DNA of 64,000 bases. It comes from Stegostoma tigrinum (Eukaryota). A program made the position numbers and the translations under genes. Position 1 is the first letter of the stretch, and every line of letters starts with the position of its first letter. Below the pieces are notes generated by a model. It saw only the letters and a program-made list of their open reading frames with translations. It searched no databases and had not been told where the DNA came from. The stretch spans positions 37,064,310 through 37,128,309 of the forward strand of contig NC_081384.1 in NCBI RefSeq assembly GCF_030684315.1. The letters are read 5' to 3'. Shown here one piece after another: positions 13,661 to 24,019 of this stretch.

Positions 13661-13987
13661 TCCGTCGTTCCTAAGGTTTTTGTTTAAAAAGATAAGTTGA
13701 ACCCCAGGATTGGGGGAGAGTGGCATCACAGGAAAACTATCAGTTCATTGTTTGGTAATAGCTACTAATTTGGATCATAGAATCATGGAATCCTGCAGTA
13801 CGGAAGGAGGCCATTCTACCCATTATGTTGGTACCAGCTCCTGAATCAGCGACCCAACTAGCCTCACTGTCCAGCCCTATCTCTGTAGCCCTCTAGCTTC
13901 ATCACTTTCAAACATACATCCAACTCTCTTTTGAAACCTACGAAATCCATCTCTGCCACACTCCCAGGCAGCACAGTCCAAATCCTA

Positions 13988-14183
13988 GATAACAAGGTGT
14001 AGAGCTGGATGAACACAGCAGGCCAAGCAGCATCAGAGGAGCAGGAAGGCTGAGGTTTCGAGCCTAGACCCTTCTCCGTCAGCCTTCCTGCTCCTCTGAT
14101 GCTGCTTGGCCTGCTGTGTTCATCCAGCTCTACACCTTGTTATCTCAGATTCTCCAGCATCTGCAGCTCCTATTATCACTGAA
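13988..14183. mobile_element. Fold-back PLE family B insertion (~65-bp inverted arms)
   Basis: GATAACAAGGTGTAGAGCTGGATGAACACAGCAGGCCAAGCAGCATCAGAGGAGCAGGAAGGCTGA and its exact reverse complement. Flanked by ACAGTCCAAATCCTA at 13973-13987 and 14184-14198. Confidence 0.9.
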
Positions 14184-14198
14184 ACAGTCCAAATCCTA

Positions 14199-14663
14199 GC
14201 GAGTTTTGAGAAGATTTGTAGCTCAGGTTGAGGTTCTGGATGTGAGTTTGCTCGCTGAGCTGGAAAGTTAGTTTTCAGACATTTCGTCACCATTCTAGGT
14301 AACATCATCAGTGAGCCTCCGACGAAGTGCTGGTGTTATGTCCCGCTTTCTATTTATCTGGTTAGGTTTCCTTGGGTTGGTGATGTCATTTCCTGTTCTT
14401 TTTCTCAGGGGATTGTAGATTGGCTCCAAGTCAATGTGTTTGTTGATGGAATTCCGGTTGGAATGCCATGCTTCTAGGAATTCTCGTGCATGTCTCTGTT
14501 TGGCTTGTCCTAGGATGGATGTGTTGTCCCAATCAAAGTGGTGTCCTTCCTTATCTGTATGTAAGGATACGAGTGATAGTGGGTCATGTCGTTTTGTGCC
14601 TAGTTGATGTTCATGTATCCTGGTGGCTAGCTTCCTGCCAGTTTGTCCAATGTAGTGTTTGTC
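14199..14663 (-). mobile_element. 5'-truncated PLE family A (GIY-YIG endonuclease + pLTR)
   Basis: Minus ORF DCDKHYIGQTGRKLATRIHEHQL..FDWDNTSILGQAKQRHAREFLEAWHS..SINKH. The pLTR ends CTACAAATCTTCTCAAAACTCGC, and a 15-bp TSD flanks it. Confidence 0.93.
14274..14315 (-). ncRNA. Minimal hammerhead ribozyme motif in PLE pLTR
   Basis: Minus strand reads CTCA-CTGATGA-T-GTTACC-TAGAAT-GGTGAC-GAAA-TG-TC-TGAA. It has the CUGANGA core, a 6-bp stem II and GAAA, with a CG>TG change in stem III. Confidence 0.7.
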
Positions 14664-14679
14664 ACAGTCCAAATCCTAA

Positions 14680-15350
14680 CCACTCTTTGAGTAAAGAAGT
14701 TTTCTTTTCATTGCGCTTCTAACTATCTTGCTGACAATCTTGTAATTGTGACCCCTGGGCCGTCCTTTATCTCTTTCTTAAATAATGGTGTCACATTTGT
14801 AAACCTCCAGCCCCTGGGACTAATCCTGTGTTCAGAGAGGTCTGGAAAGTATCTGCCAATGACTCTGCAATGTGGTCCCTTAACTCTCTGGGCAATTCAG
14901 GATGCAACCCATTTGGACCTGGTGACTTCTCTACCTGGAGTGCCGTCAGTCTTTTTAGCCCCACTTCTTTATCTCTCACTATACTGTCCAGTTGCTCAAC
15001 TCACACATTTTCAACAGGGCTATTGTCACCATCTTCTAATTTAGTAAAGACGGAAGCAAAATATTCATTTAGTACTTCTGCCTTATCCTTTGCTTCAGTG
15101 AGCCGCTTACCCTGCTTCTTCCTAATGGGCCCCACTCTATACTAATCTTTTACTGTTAATATATTTGAAGAATACTTTACTGTTTGTTTTAGCTCAGCCT
15201 GCCACCCTTTCATCATGCTTCCTCTTAGACTTCCTCATTCCGGCCTTAGCGCTTCTTCTGCATTTGAGACACTCTTCCTGAATGCTATTGCTATTGTTAT
15301 TTCAGTATGCATCATATTCCTCCTTTTTGTCTCCTATTTTTCTGTGCAGT
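14680..15350 (-). mobile_element. CR1-like LINE ORF2 fragment
   Basis: Minus ORF LTALQVEKSPGPNGLHPELPRELRDHIAESLADTFQTSLNTGLVP. Confidence 0.85.
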
Positions 15351-15564
15351 TCCACCTGAATCGCCTGGGACCAGAGTTCTGGTGAATCACGTAACTAGTG
15401 GTGTAGGCTGGGCTTTAAGTTAAATACTGGGGAAGGCTGGGAGAGGGATTAGGGTCAGTTGCACGGACAATCATAATATCAAGGGTAAAAGAGCAGGTAG
15501 GGTTGTGGATAGGGGTGGGGCTGATTGTTATAAGAAAGTAAAAGAAAGGGACAGTATTGCTCAT

Positions 15565-15720
15565 ACTGTCCAGGGATGTGCAGGATAGGTGGATTAGCCA
15601 TGGGATTTTGGGGATAGGATGGGGGTCTGGGTCTGGTGGGATGCTCTTTGGAGGGTATGTGCAGACTTGATGGGCCTAATGCTTTCATTTTCTACTTTAG
15701 GAATTCAACGATTCTATGAA
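15565..15720 (+). mobile_element. HE1-type SINE 3' half
   Basis: GTCCAGGGATGTGCAGG..GGTGGATTAGCCATGGGA..GGGTCTGGGT..GATGCTCTTTGGAGGG..GATTCTATG. Confidence 0.75.
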
Positions 15721-15829
15721 AAACAGAGATTGCTGGAAAAGCTCAGCAGGTTTGGCAGCATCCGTGCAGAGAAAGCAGAGTTAATGTTTCAGGTTCAGTC
15801 ACGCCTTCTTCAAAATGAAAGAATTGGTA

Positions 15830-17385
15830 GGAGTAGTGTATACCCCCCAAACAATAACCACTCTGTGGGAAAGGCTATAAATCAACACATAATAGGAGCA
15901 TGTTACAAATAAAAATAATTATGGGTGCCTTTAATCTTCATTAGGATAATCAATTTGGGAAGGTAGCTATGACAACGAATTCATAGAGTGCTTTAGAGAT
16001 AGCTTCTAACACCAATGTGTCATGGACCCAACCAAAGAACAGGCTATCCTAGGTCTGGTAATAGGTAATGAGGCAGGTTCATAAATTACCTCAGAGTAAA
16101 AGATCTGCAAGGAAGGAGTGATGATGGCATGACAGAAATTAATAATCAGTTTGAGAGTGAGAAACTTGGGTCAAAAATAACTACTTAACTTAAATAAAGG
16201 GAATTGCAATAAAAAAGGGCAGTTAGCTACAGTGAAGGTAATAAAGCAGTAATAGATACCTAAGGCTTAAGATTCATGACTCTCAGCAAAAACACATTCC
16301 AGTAAGAAGGAAAGATTCTAAGAAAGGGATAAACTAACCATGGCCAACCAATGAAGTAAGGAGAATACTAAGCTGAAAGAAAAAGCTTAAGGAGGCCAAA
16401 GTCAGTAATACCTCTAAAGACTGGGACAAACTAAGAATCCTTCAAAGAAGGACTAAAACGAGTTAAGGATGGAGAAAATACAAAGACAAACTATTGAGGG
16501 AGATAAAAAAACTGACAAAAAGAGCTTCTTCAAATATATAAAACAAAACAGAGGAGTTAAAATGAATACAGGCCCCTCAGAAAATGAATCTGGGGAGGTG
16601 ATTTTGGAGAATAAGGAAATGGCAGAGGACTTAAGCAAATATTTTGCATCAGCCTTTACAGTGGAAAATACTTTGAACTTCCCTTTAATACTAAAGCATA
16701 CAAAGGAGGAATTAAGCACCATCATCACTAGAGAAGTAGTATGAGACAAAGTAATGGGAGTAAAGGCAGATAAGTTTCCGGGCTTGATGGCTTATGTCCC
16801 AAGATCCGAAGAGAGGGAGCCATTGAGTTTGTGGATGCATTAGTAGTGATTTTCCAAAATTTGTAAGATTCTAATGAAGTACCAGAGGGTTGTCAAACTG
16901 CTAGTGTGACAATCCTCGAAAAAGGATGGCGGAAACTCAAGGTAATTATAAGCCGATTAGCCTAATGTCTGTTGTTGAAAAAGTATTGAAATCAATTATC
17001 AATGATGTAATAGAACATTTGGAAAATCATAATCAATCAAAAAGAGTCAGTAAGGCTTCATGAAATTGTGTCTCACTAATTTATTCATGTTTGTTGAGGA
17101 AGCCTCAACCAGAGTGAATAGAGGGGAGCCAGCAGATGTGTTGTATTTGGACTTCCATAAGGCATTTGACATGATGCCTCATAAAAGGTTAAGTCCTTTT
17201 AAGTCCTGTATATTGGCATGGATAGGGAATTGGCTCACAGGCAGGAGACAGTAAGTAGAAATAATGAGTTCTTTCTCAGGTTGGCGACCTGTGACCAGTG
17301 GCATTCCGCAGGGATCAGTGCTGGGACCACAACTGTTTACAAAATGCATTAATGACTTGGAGGAAGAAGTGAAAGTACTAGGACA
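15830..17385 (+). mobile_element. Degenerate CR1 LINE ORF2 (endonuclease end to RT)
   Basis: KTDKKSFFKYIK..GPSENESGEVILENKEMAEDLSKYFASAFTVE; CLTNLFMFVEE..DVLYLDFHKAFDMMPHKRL; [10 protein letters not shown] at ~17300. Confidence 0.92.
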
Positions 17386-17730
17386 TGTCCAGATCTAAGG
17401 ATTCCTGCAAGATTAATACCAGTGTGTTCACTACCTCTGTAGCTACTTCCTTTAATATGCAAGGATACATCCCATCAGGTCCAAGGGACCTACTGGTCTT
17501 TACCCTATTCGTTTCTCTAGCAATTTTCTCTAGTCATAGCTACTATTTTGTTTTTGCTGTCCTTTCGCCCCTTGAATATTTAGTAAGTTTGGAATGCTAT
17601 TTGTGTCTTCTCACGTGAAAATTGACTCATTTATTCAATTCTTCTGTCAGTTCCTGGTTACCCATTATTAGTGCCCTAGCTTCATTCTCTAAGGGGTCTA
17701 TGTTGAATTTGGCTTCTCTTTTCTTCTTCA
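17386..17730 (-). mobile_element. Inverted CR1 fragment
   Basis: Reverse complement of the GPDGMYPCILKEVATEVV region. Confidence 0.7.
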
Positions 17731-18037
17731 TGTGACTTTAAGTGAAATGTTAATTCCCATAGGTGCCATCTTTAAAACAGTAACTAGATTCTATAGAACC
17801 TTCTTCACTGGATGGAAAACAAATATTAAAACATTCAAGTGGGGGAGAGAAGAGGGCCCAGAGACAAGCATCAGCACTTAAAGGAGTGGGAGAGAAGGAC
17901 ACAGAGACCAGGATGATTCCAAGAGCAGATTCAGCCAGATCTATGGGAGATAGCTCTGCTTAGCGAGTTTTGAGAAGATTTGTAGCTCAGGTTGAGGTTC
18001 TGGATGTGAGTTTGCTCACTGAGCTGGAAGGTTAGTT

Positions 18038-18079
18038 CTCAGACGTTTCATCACCATTCTAGGTAACATCTTCAGTGAA
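18038..18079 (-). ncRNA. Minimal hammerhead ribozyme motif (left arm)
   Basis: Minus strand reads TTCA-CTGAAGA-T-GTTACC-TAGAAT-GGTGAT-GAAA-CG-TC-TGAG. Confidence 0.72.
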
Positions 18080-18331
18080 CCTCCGACAAAGCGCTGGTGT
18101 TGTGGCCCGCTTTCTATTTATCTGTTTAGGTTTCCTTGGGTTGGTGATGTCATTTCCTGTGTTGGTGATGTCATTTCCTGTTTTTTTTCAGAGGATTTGG
18201 AGCCAATCTGCCATCCTCTGAGAAAAAGAACAGGAAATGGCATCACCAACACAGGAAATGACATCACCAACCCAAGGAAACCTAAACAGATAAATAGAAA
18301 GCGGGACACAACACCAGCGCTTTGTCGGAGG

Positions 18332-18373
18332 CTCACTGAAGATGTTACCTAGAATGGTGATGAAACGTCTGAG
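18332..18373 (+). ncRNA. Minimal hammerhead ribozyme motif (right arm, best-preserved copy)
   Basis: CTCA-CTGAAGA-T-GTTACC-TAGAAT-GGTGAT-GAAA-CG-TC-TGAG. Stem I is CTCA/TGAG, stem II is GTTACC/GGTGAT, with palindromic ACGT and a GUC triplet. Confidence 0.78.
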
Positions 18374-18444
18374 AACTAACCTTCCAGCTCAGTGAGCAAA
18401 CGCACATCCAGAACCTCAACCTGAGCTACAAATCTTCTCAAAAC

Positions 18445-18950
18445 CTGCTGTCTGGCGTAGTGTTTCTCGCAGTCTCTGCAAGGGATCTTGTAGATGACAT
18501 TGGTCCTGTCCATGGCAGGGAGAACATCTTTAGTTTGGGAGAGCAGTTGTCGTAAAGTTGATGTGGGCTTGTGAGCCACTCTGATGCCCAGCGGTTGTAT
18601 GAGTGAATTCGAACATGTTCCTGATGTAGGGTAGTGTGATGAGTGTGTTGGGGTGTGTACTATCTTCCTGATGCTGTTTGTGCAGGTATCTTCTGACCCC
18701 GTTTTTTGGATATCCATTATCCCTGAAAACCCTGAAGAGGTATTCTTCTTGCTCTTGGTGTAGTTCTGTGTTGCTGCAGGATGTTGCCTGTTTAAATAGT
18801 GTTTGCACACAGCTTTGTTTGTGTGCGCTGGGACGGTAACTGTTGAAGTTCAGTACCTGGTCCATGTGTGTGGCTTTTCTGTGCACTTTCATTTGCAGTT
18901 CCCCATTTGTCTTGCGCTCCACCATGACGTCCAGGAATGAAGAACAAACA
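18445..18950 (-). mobile_element. PLE fragment (RT thumb, linker, start of GIY-YIG), inverted
   Basis: FLDVMVERKTNGELQMKVHRKATHMDQVLNFNSYRPSAHK..; GIRVAHKPTSTLRQLL..NVIYKIPCRDCEKHY. Confidence 0.92.
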
Positions 18951-18969
18951 GCCTCCAGTCTTGGATGGC

Positions 18970-19545
18970 TGCTGTGCATCAGAGTGGCTCACAAGCCCAC
19001 AACAACACTACAACTGCTCACCCAAACTAAAGACTCACTCCCCGCCATGGAAAGGACCAATGTCATCTACAAGATCCCCTGCAGAGACTGTGAGAAACAC
19101 TACATCAGACAAACAGGAAGGAAACTAACAACAAGAGTACATGAACACCAAATGGCTACAAAACGACATGGCCAATACTCGCTCATCTCAATCCACATGG
19201 ACGAGGAGAACCACCACTTTGACTGGGACAACACCAAAATCCTGGGACAAGCTAAGCAGAGACAGGCATGGGAATTCCTAGAAGCCTGGTACTCCATCAG
19301 GAAAGCCATCAATAAACACACAGAACTCGACGCCATATACACTCCTCTACAAAGAAAACCAGAAGTGAGGAAATCCACCTCAATGGATCCCAGAGTTTAA
19401 AAATCAGGGGGAAAACACACCAGCGCTTCATCAGAGGCTACATTGAGGATGTTACCCAGCACGGTAACGAAACAACAAACCAGGTCAGCGAGACAACCAA
19501 CCACAGCCCCCACAACCCGAGCTACAATTCTACTCCAAAACTTTA
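18970..19545 (+). mobile_element. PLE fragment (GIY-YIG + pLTR)
   Basis: NVIYKIPCRDCEKHYIRQTGRKLTTRVHEHQ..FDWDNTKILGQAKQRQAWEFLEAWYS. The pLTR has a decayed hammerhead at ~19438-19475. Confidence 0.92.
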
Positions 19546-19799
19546 TGGTTCATATCTCCATTCCCTTGAAGCTAATTGACACGGATGTGGGAGGATATAG
19601 CTGGCAGTTGGCTTAGCCATTTATCACAGATCTGGCTAGATTGTGTAAAGCTCTTGTCTGCTAAAGACCACCAGACCATGAGATGTATGAGTAGAAGTAG
19701 GCCATTCATCCCATCAAGTTTATTCTACTATTCAATCAGATCATTGCTGATCTGATAATCCTCAACTCCACTTTCCTACTTTTCTTACTAATAAGTACA

Positions 19800-21445
19800 T
19801 GAGTCATAAGAAATTGGATAATACACAAGGATCCCTCTGGGCTCCAAAGGTAACCCAAGCTACCCTTGTTCTACAGGAACTGGTCTTCTTAAGCCTCTCT
19901 CCCCGTCACCTCTACCTTCAGCTCCAACTATCAGTGTGAAGTATTCAGGGGTAGTAGGAACTGCCTATGCTGGAGAATCTGAGATAATATGGTGTGAAGC
20001 TGGATGAAAGTATTCAGGAGTTCTTTGTTGCCAACGTTAAAACTATTTGATCAGCTACCTTTCTCTCTTCTATCCCTAACCTTCTTTACTGCCCTAGAGT
20101 TTCCCTCTGAAATTTGCATGTGCCTTCTCTGAGTTTATTCTAATAAATCCATGGGCATTTAGTCTATTAATTGCCTTAATGCCCCTGGCCTTGTTGTAGT
20201 GCTACTAGCAGCAAGGGAAAGTGCTTGTGGCCGTCTGAAGCCCTTATATAGACAAGCGATGAGTCTATATATTTGGCCAAACAGAAATTTAACCAGCAGC
20301 ATGAGAGGCACAAATGACAAGCAACAAGCTGATGGCGGCCCATTAAAGGTTCCACCCCTCACCGCAAGAGTTACACCCTCCCCCAGGTTCTCTTCCCCCA
20401 GCCTCTCTACCTTTACCCTCACCCTATTTACCTACCCTCGTGCACTTGTAACTCTTTCAGTCTCGTCTATTCCTTTCACTGCTGACAGTGTTATCTCCTT
20501 TATATTCGTGACACAAAACAATGACTGGGTGATCACTTTGTGGAACAACTCTGCTCTGTCCATAGGAATGATCTCTTGGTTCCTTACCATTTCAATAAAC
20601 TGTCTTGCTTTCAGGCAAACATCTCTGTTCTGGGCCTGCTGCAATGTTCCAATGAGGCACAATGCAAGATTAAGGAGCAACACCACATTTTCTCCTTTAC
20701 AGCCTCAAGGTCTCAACTTCGAAGGCAATGACTGCAGAAACTGACCGCGTTAAGTCTATAACAAAAACAGAAGCTGCTGGAGAAACTCAGCAGTTCTGGA
20801 GAGAAAACAGAGTTAACGTTTTGAGTCCAGTGACCCTTCTTCAGTACAGATAGTAGCTAAAGGAAGGTATAATTGCTGAAGACAGGGAGTAGTGGATGAC
20901 GTAAACAGATACATCTATTTGGTAGAGATGGAGCTCAAAAGGATTGAAGGAAAGAGTTAGGCCAACAAACAGATGGACAGTAGCAAGGCAGGGATGAAGA
21001 AAAGCTGACAAGGGGGAATTATTAGTAGGTGAAAATGGGTCAACTGCACTGAAAGCAGCCCATGTTATGACAGGGCCTAGGATGTGGGGGTGGTTCAAGG
21101 ACATGGAAAGAGGTGTTCAGGTTCTGAATTACATCTGCATTATGTCTTTTCCCCATTTTTCTTACATTCTCTCCCCACCCATCCCTCAGCTTCATCTTGT
21201 TTCTGTCTTGTTTAAAATGCTCTTTATCCATTCTCTCTCTTCACACCTAAATTTACACATATTTTACATCCTTTTCATTGACAACCATTTTATCTTTTTT
21301 ACTGGCCCTCTGCCATTGTCAAAGGTATATTGATATTGAAAGCAATGTTATGACAAATTTGTATCTGAAGAAATCAGAGCAGACTCAAAACATTAACTCA
21401 GTTTCTCTCTCTATAGATGCTGCCCAACCTGCTGAGTTTCTCCTG
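19800..21445. mobile_element. Very degenerate Neptune-like PLE with family C pLTR arms; contains a family B stub (19950-20007, TSD AAGTATTCAGG)
   Basis: ISVLGLLQCSNEAQCKIKEQHHIF and LQPQGLNFE (GIY-YIG C-terminus). Inverted arms at 20760-20845 and 21380-21450. Confidence 0.6.
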
Positions 21446-21457
21446 CATTCTCCATGC

Positions 21458-21557
21458 GTTCTGAAGAAGGGTCTAGGCCCGAGAGGTCAGCTTTCCTGCT
21501 CCTATGATGCTGCCTGGCCTGCTATGTTTATCCAACTCTACACCTTGTTATCTCAGT
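21458..21557 (+). mobile_element. PLE family B pLTR stub with 10-bp TSD
   Basis: TTCTGAAGAAGGGTCTAGGCCCGAGAGGTCAGC..CACCTTGTTATCTCAG flanked by TTCTCCA(T/C)GC. Confidence 0.8.
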
Positions 21558-21914
21558 TTCTCCACGCCTGTGACAGCTCATCTCCTCACAGGCTCCCCTG
21601 TCCTCTCCTGGTGGTGCTGTTGGTACCAGATACCTGCTGACCTCTGATTGTCCACCAACTCACTGATGTACAATTTCTTCCTTCTGAGGAAAGTTTCTCC
21701 TCAAATCAGTGAATGTTCATTTGGCCATTTCTTTCCAGGGTCTCTATCTGGAGTGGGTTGGGCTTCCTCGCACCTCCCCCGACTAGAGGCAGAGAAGTCT
21801 ACATCACAGAATAAGGCCCTTCATCCCATAAAATCTGTGCTAGTCAAAAAACAGCCACCTAATTCCATTTTCCAGCATTTAGGCGGCTTTTAGGAGCTGA
21901 AACCATGGCACCTA

Positions 21915-22810
21915 CTAAATCAACCGTCTCTCCAATCTAGTTTCTGACCCTGCTGTAGTACTGGAATAACTTCCCAAGGTCATAAATGATAACTTTTGTG
22001 ACTGTGACTGAGGTAAACTGACTCTCATTATCCTTCTTGACCTGGCTGCAGCCTTTGACACAGCTGGTCACACCATCCTCCTCCAATATTTCCCCAGTAT
22101 CATCCAGTTGGGCTGATCTGCCGTCTCCCACTTCATTTCTAATGTACTTATTAAAGCAAAGAAATAATTCTCAATGGTTTCTCTTCCCATGCTGTTGTGT
22201 CTTATGTCCCACAAGCTTTATTCTTGGTCCTCTTCTATTTCTCACCTACACACTTCCCCCTCAGCGATACTATCCAAAAACAGAGTGTTGTTGTCACTGA
22301 CAAGACCCAGTCCTAACTTAAGAACACCTCTCTTCCTGTGTCTTATGGCTGAATGACTGGAAATTTCTCCATGTTCAATATTGCTAAGACCAAAGTCACT
22401 GTTTTCCGACTCCAGACAAACTGCATGTTATAGCCACAGACTACATCCCTCTCCTTAGCAACTGGTGAAAGAAGACTGTTTATGACCCTGATTTCATACC
22501 TGGTCTGGAAGTATGTTTCTGACTACAAGTCTGTCTCCTCATGAGGACCACCTATTTTCCCATCATTCCCCATCCCAAGTCTACTGACTTCAACTGCTGT
22601 TGAAATCCCCATCCTCATTTCTGTCAGCTCTAGGTTTCCCATATTCTATCCTCTCTACAATGGAGACCATTCAAAACTCTGTCTCCGTGTCCTAATTTGC
22701 ACTACGTTCTGTTGCTTTCTGTCTTGCAATTGATCTCTGTTATACAACATGTTCATCCTTGTTTTCAAATCCTTCCGTCTCACCTTCTTAGCCGTGTGAC
22801 CTCCTCCAGA
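21915..22810 (+). mobile_element. Degenerate L2 LINE RT fragment
   Basis: Translates LQSSF*PCCSTGITS.KVINDNFCDCD*GKLTLIILLDLAAAFDTAGHTILLQ, matching the L2 QSGFR..STETAL..LLDLSAAFDTVDH motif. Confidence 0.8.
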
Positions 22811-22829
22811 ACCATTATTGTCAGTGTTC

Positions 22830-24010
22830 ACACAGACATATGAGTTAGGGGCAGAGTAGGCCATTCAGCCCCTTGAGCCTATTCTGCTATTCAGTGAGAT
22901 CATAGCCAATCTCATGACCTCACATTTCTGCCTACCCCTTGCGAACTTTCAGCTAATTGTTTGTCAGAAATCTGCCTACCCCTGCTGTCAAAATCTGCAA
23001 GGGCTCTGCTTTCATGGCCTTTTGCAGAATGGAATAATGACAGTCTTCAAAAAAAAAGAAAATTGCTCCTTAACTTTGTCTTAAATGGGTGACCTTTGAT
23101 TGTTAAACTGTGTTCCCTAATTCTAGATGTTCCCACAAGAGAAAACATCCTTTCCACTTGCATGCCGTCAAGTCCCCTCAAGACTTATTCCTGAGGGTGA
23201 TAAAACAACAAACTGCAGATGCTGGAAATCTAAAACAAAAATGGAAATTGCTGGAGAAGCTCAGCAGGTCTGGCACTGTCTGTGGAAAGAAAGCAGAGTT
23301 AATGTTTCAGATCCAGTGACACTTCTTCAGAACTGTACCTGAAACATTAACTCTGCTATCTTTCTATAGGTGCTACCAGACCTGCTGAGTGTCTCCCGCA
23401 ATTTCTGTTTCTGTTTCAGATTTTTGCATTCACAGTTCTTTGTTTCATCACCCTCTGGATTTTATATATTTCAATCAAGTTGCCTTTTACACTTTTAAAC
23501 ATTAGGAGATACAAATCTGGCCTACCTTTCTCAATAAGACAACTTTTCCACTCCAAGTTATAGTCAAGTAAAGCTTTCTATGAACTGCTTCCATCACGTT
23601 TATATGATCCAGTAATAAATTATATATTATATATTTTCTTAAGTAAGGAAAAGAATAATGTACACAGTACTCCAGATGTGTAGAGGGATATGAGCCAAAT
23701 GCAGGCAAATGGAACTGGTTCAGTTTAACAAAACCTGGTCAGCATGGGCAAATTGAACTGAAGGGTTTGTTTCTGTGCTGTATGACTGTATGACTCTTGC
23801 GGCCTCACCAATGCCCGAAGTAACTGAAGCATAACATCCCTACTTTTGTATTCAATTCCCTTTGCAATCTGCTTAACATCCTATTAGGTTTGCTAATTAA
23901 ATGATACACCTGTACACTGATCTTATGTAATTCATGCATGAGAACGCCCAGATCCCACTGCAGCTCTGGATTCATTCCATTTGGATAATATGCTTATTGT
24001 TATTATTCCT
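22830..24010 (-). mobile_element. CR1 3' fragments, interrupted at 23193-23455
   Basis: GAGTAGGCCATTCAGCCCCTTGAGCC 3' UTR; minus-strand HLEYCVHYSFPYLRK. Confidence 0.8.
23193..23455. mobile_element. Fold-back PLE family C insertion
   Basis: GGAAATTGCTGGAGAAGCTCAGCAGGTCTGGC..GCAGAGTTAATGTTTCAG and its inverted counterpart CTGAAACATTAACTCTGC..CCAGACCTGCTGAG..GCAATTTCTG. Confidence 0.8.
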
Positions 24011-24019
24011 TTCAAAACA

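Larger units (their letters stand above)
17962..18444. mobile_element. Palindromic pair of PLE family A pLTRs (~230-bp arms, 16-nt spacer)
   Basis: 17967-18196 is a near-perfect reverse complement of 18213-18444. Confidence 0.93.

Noticed and set aside
13988-14183. miRNA precursor or DNA-transposon MITE
   Set aside because: The arms are identical in type to the family B PLE pLTR, and the variable 10-16 bp TSDs across copies fit target-primed retrotransposition rather than a fixed-TSD DNA transposon.
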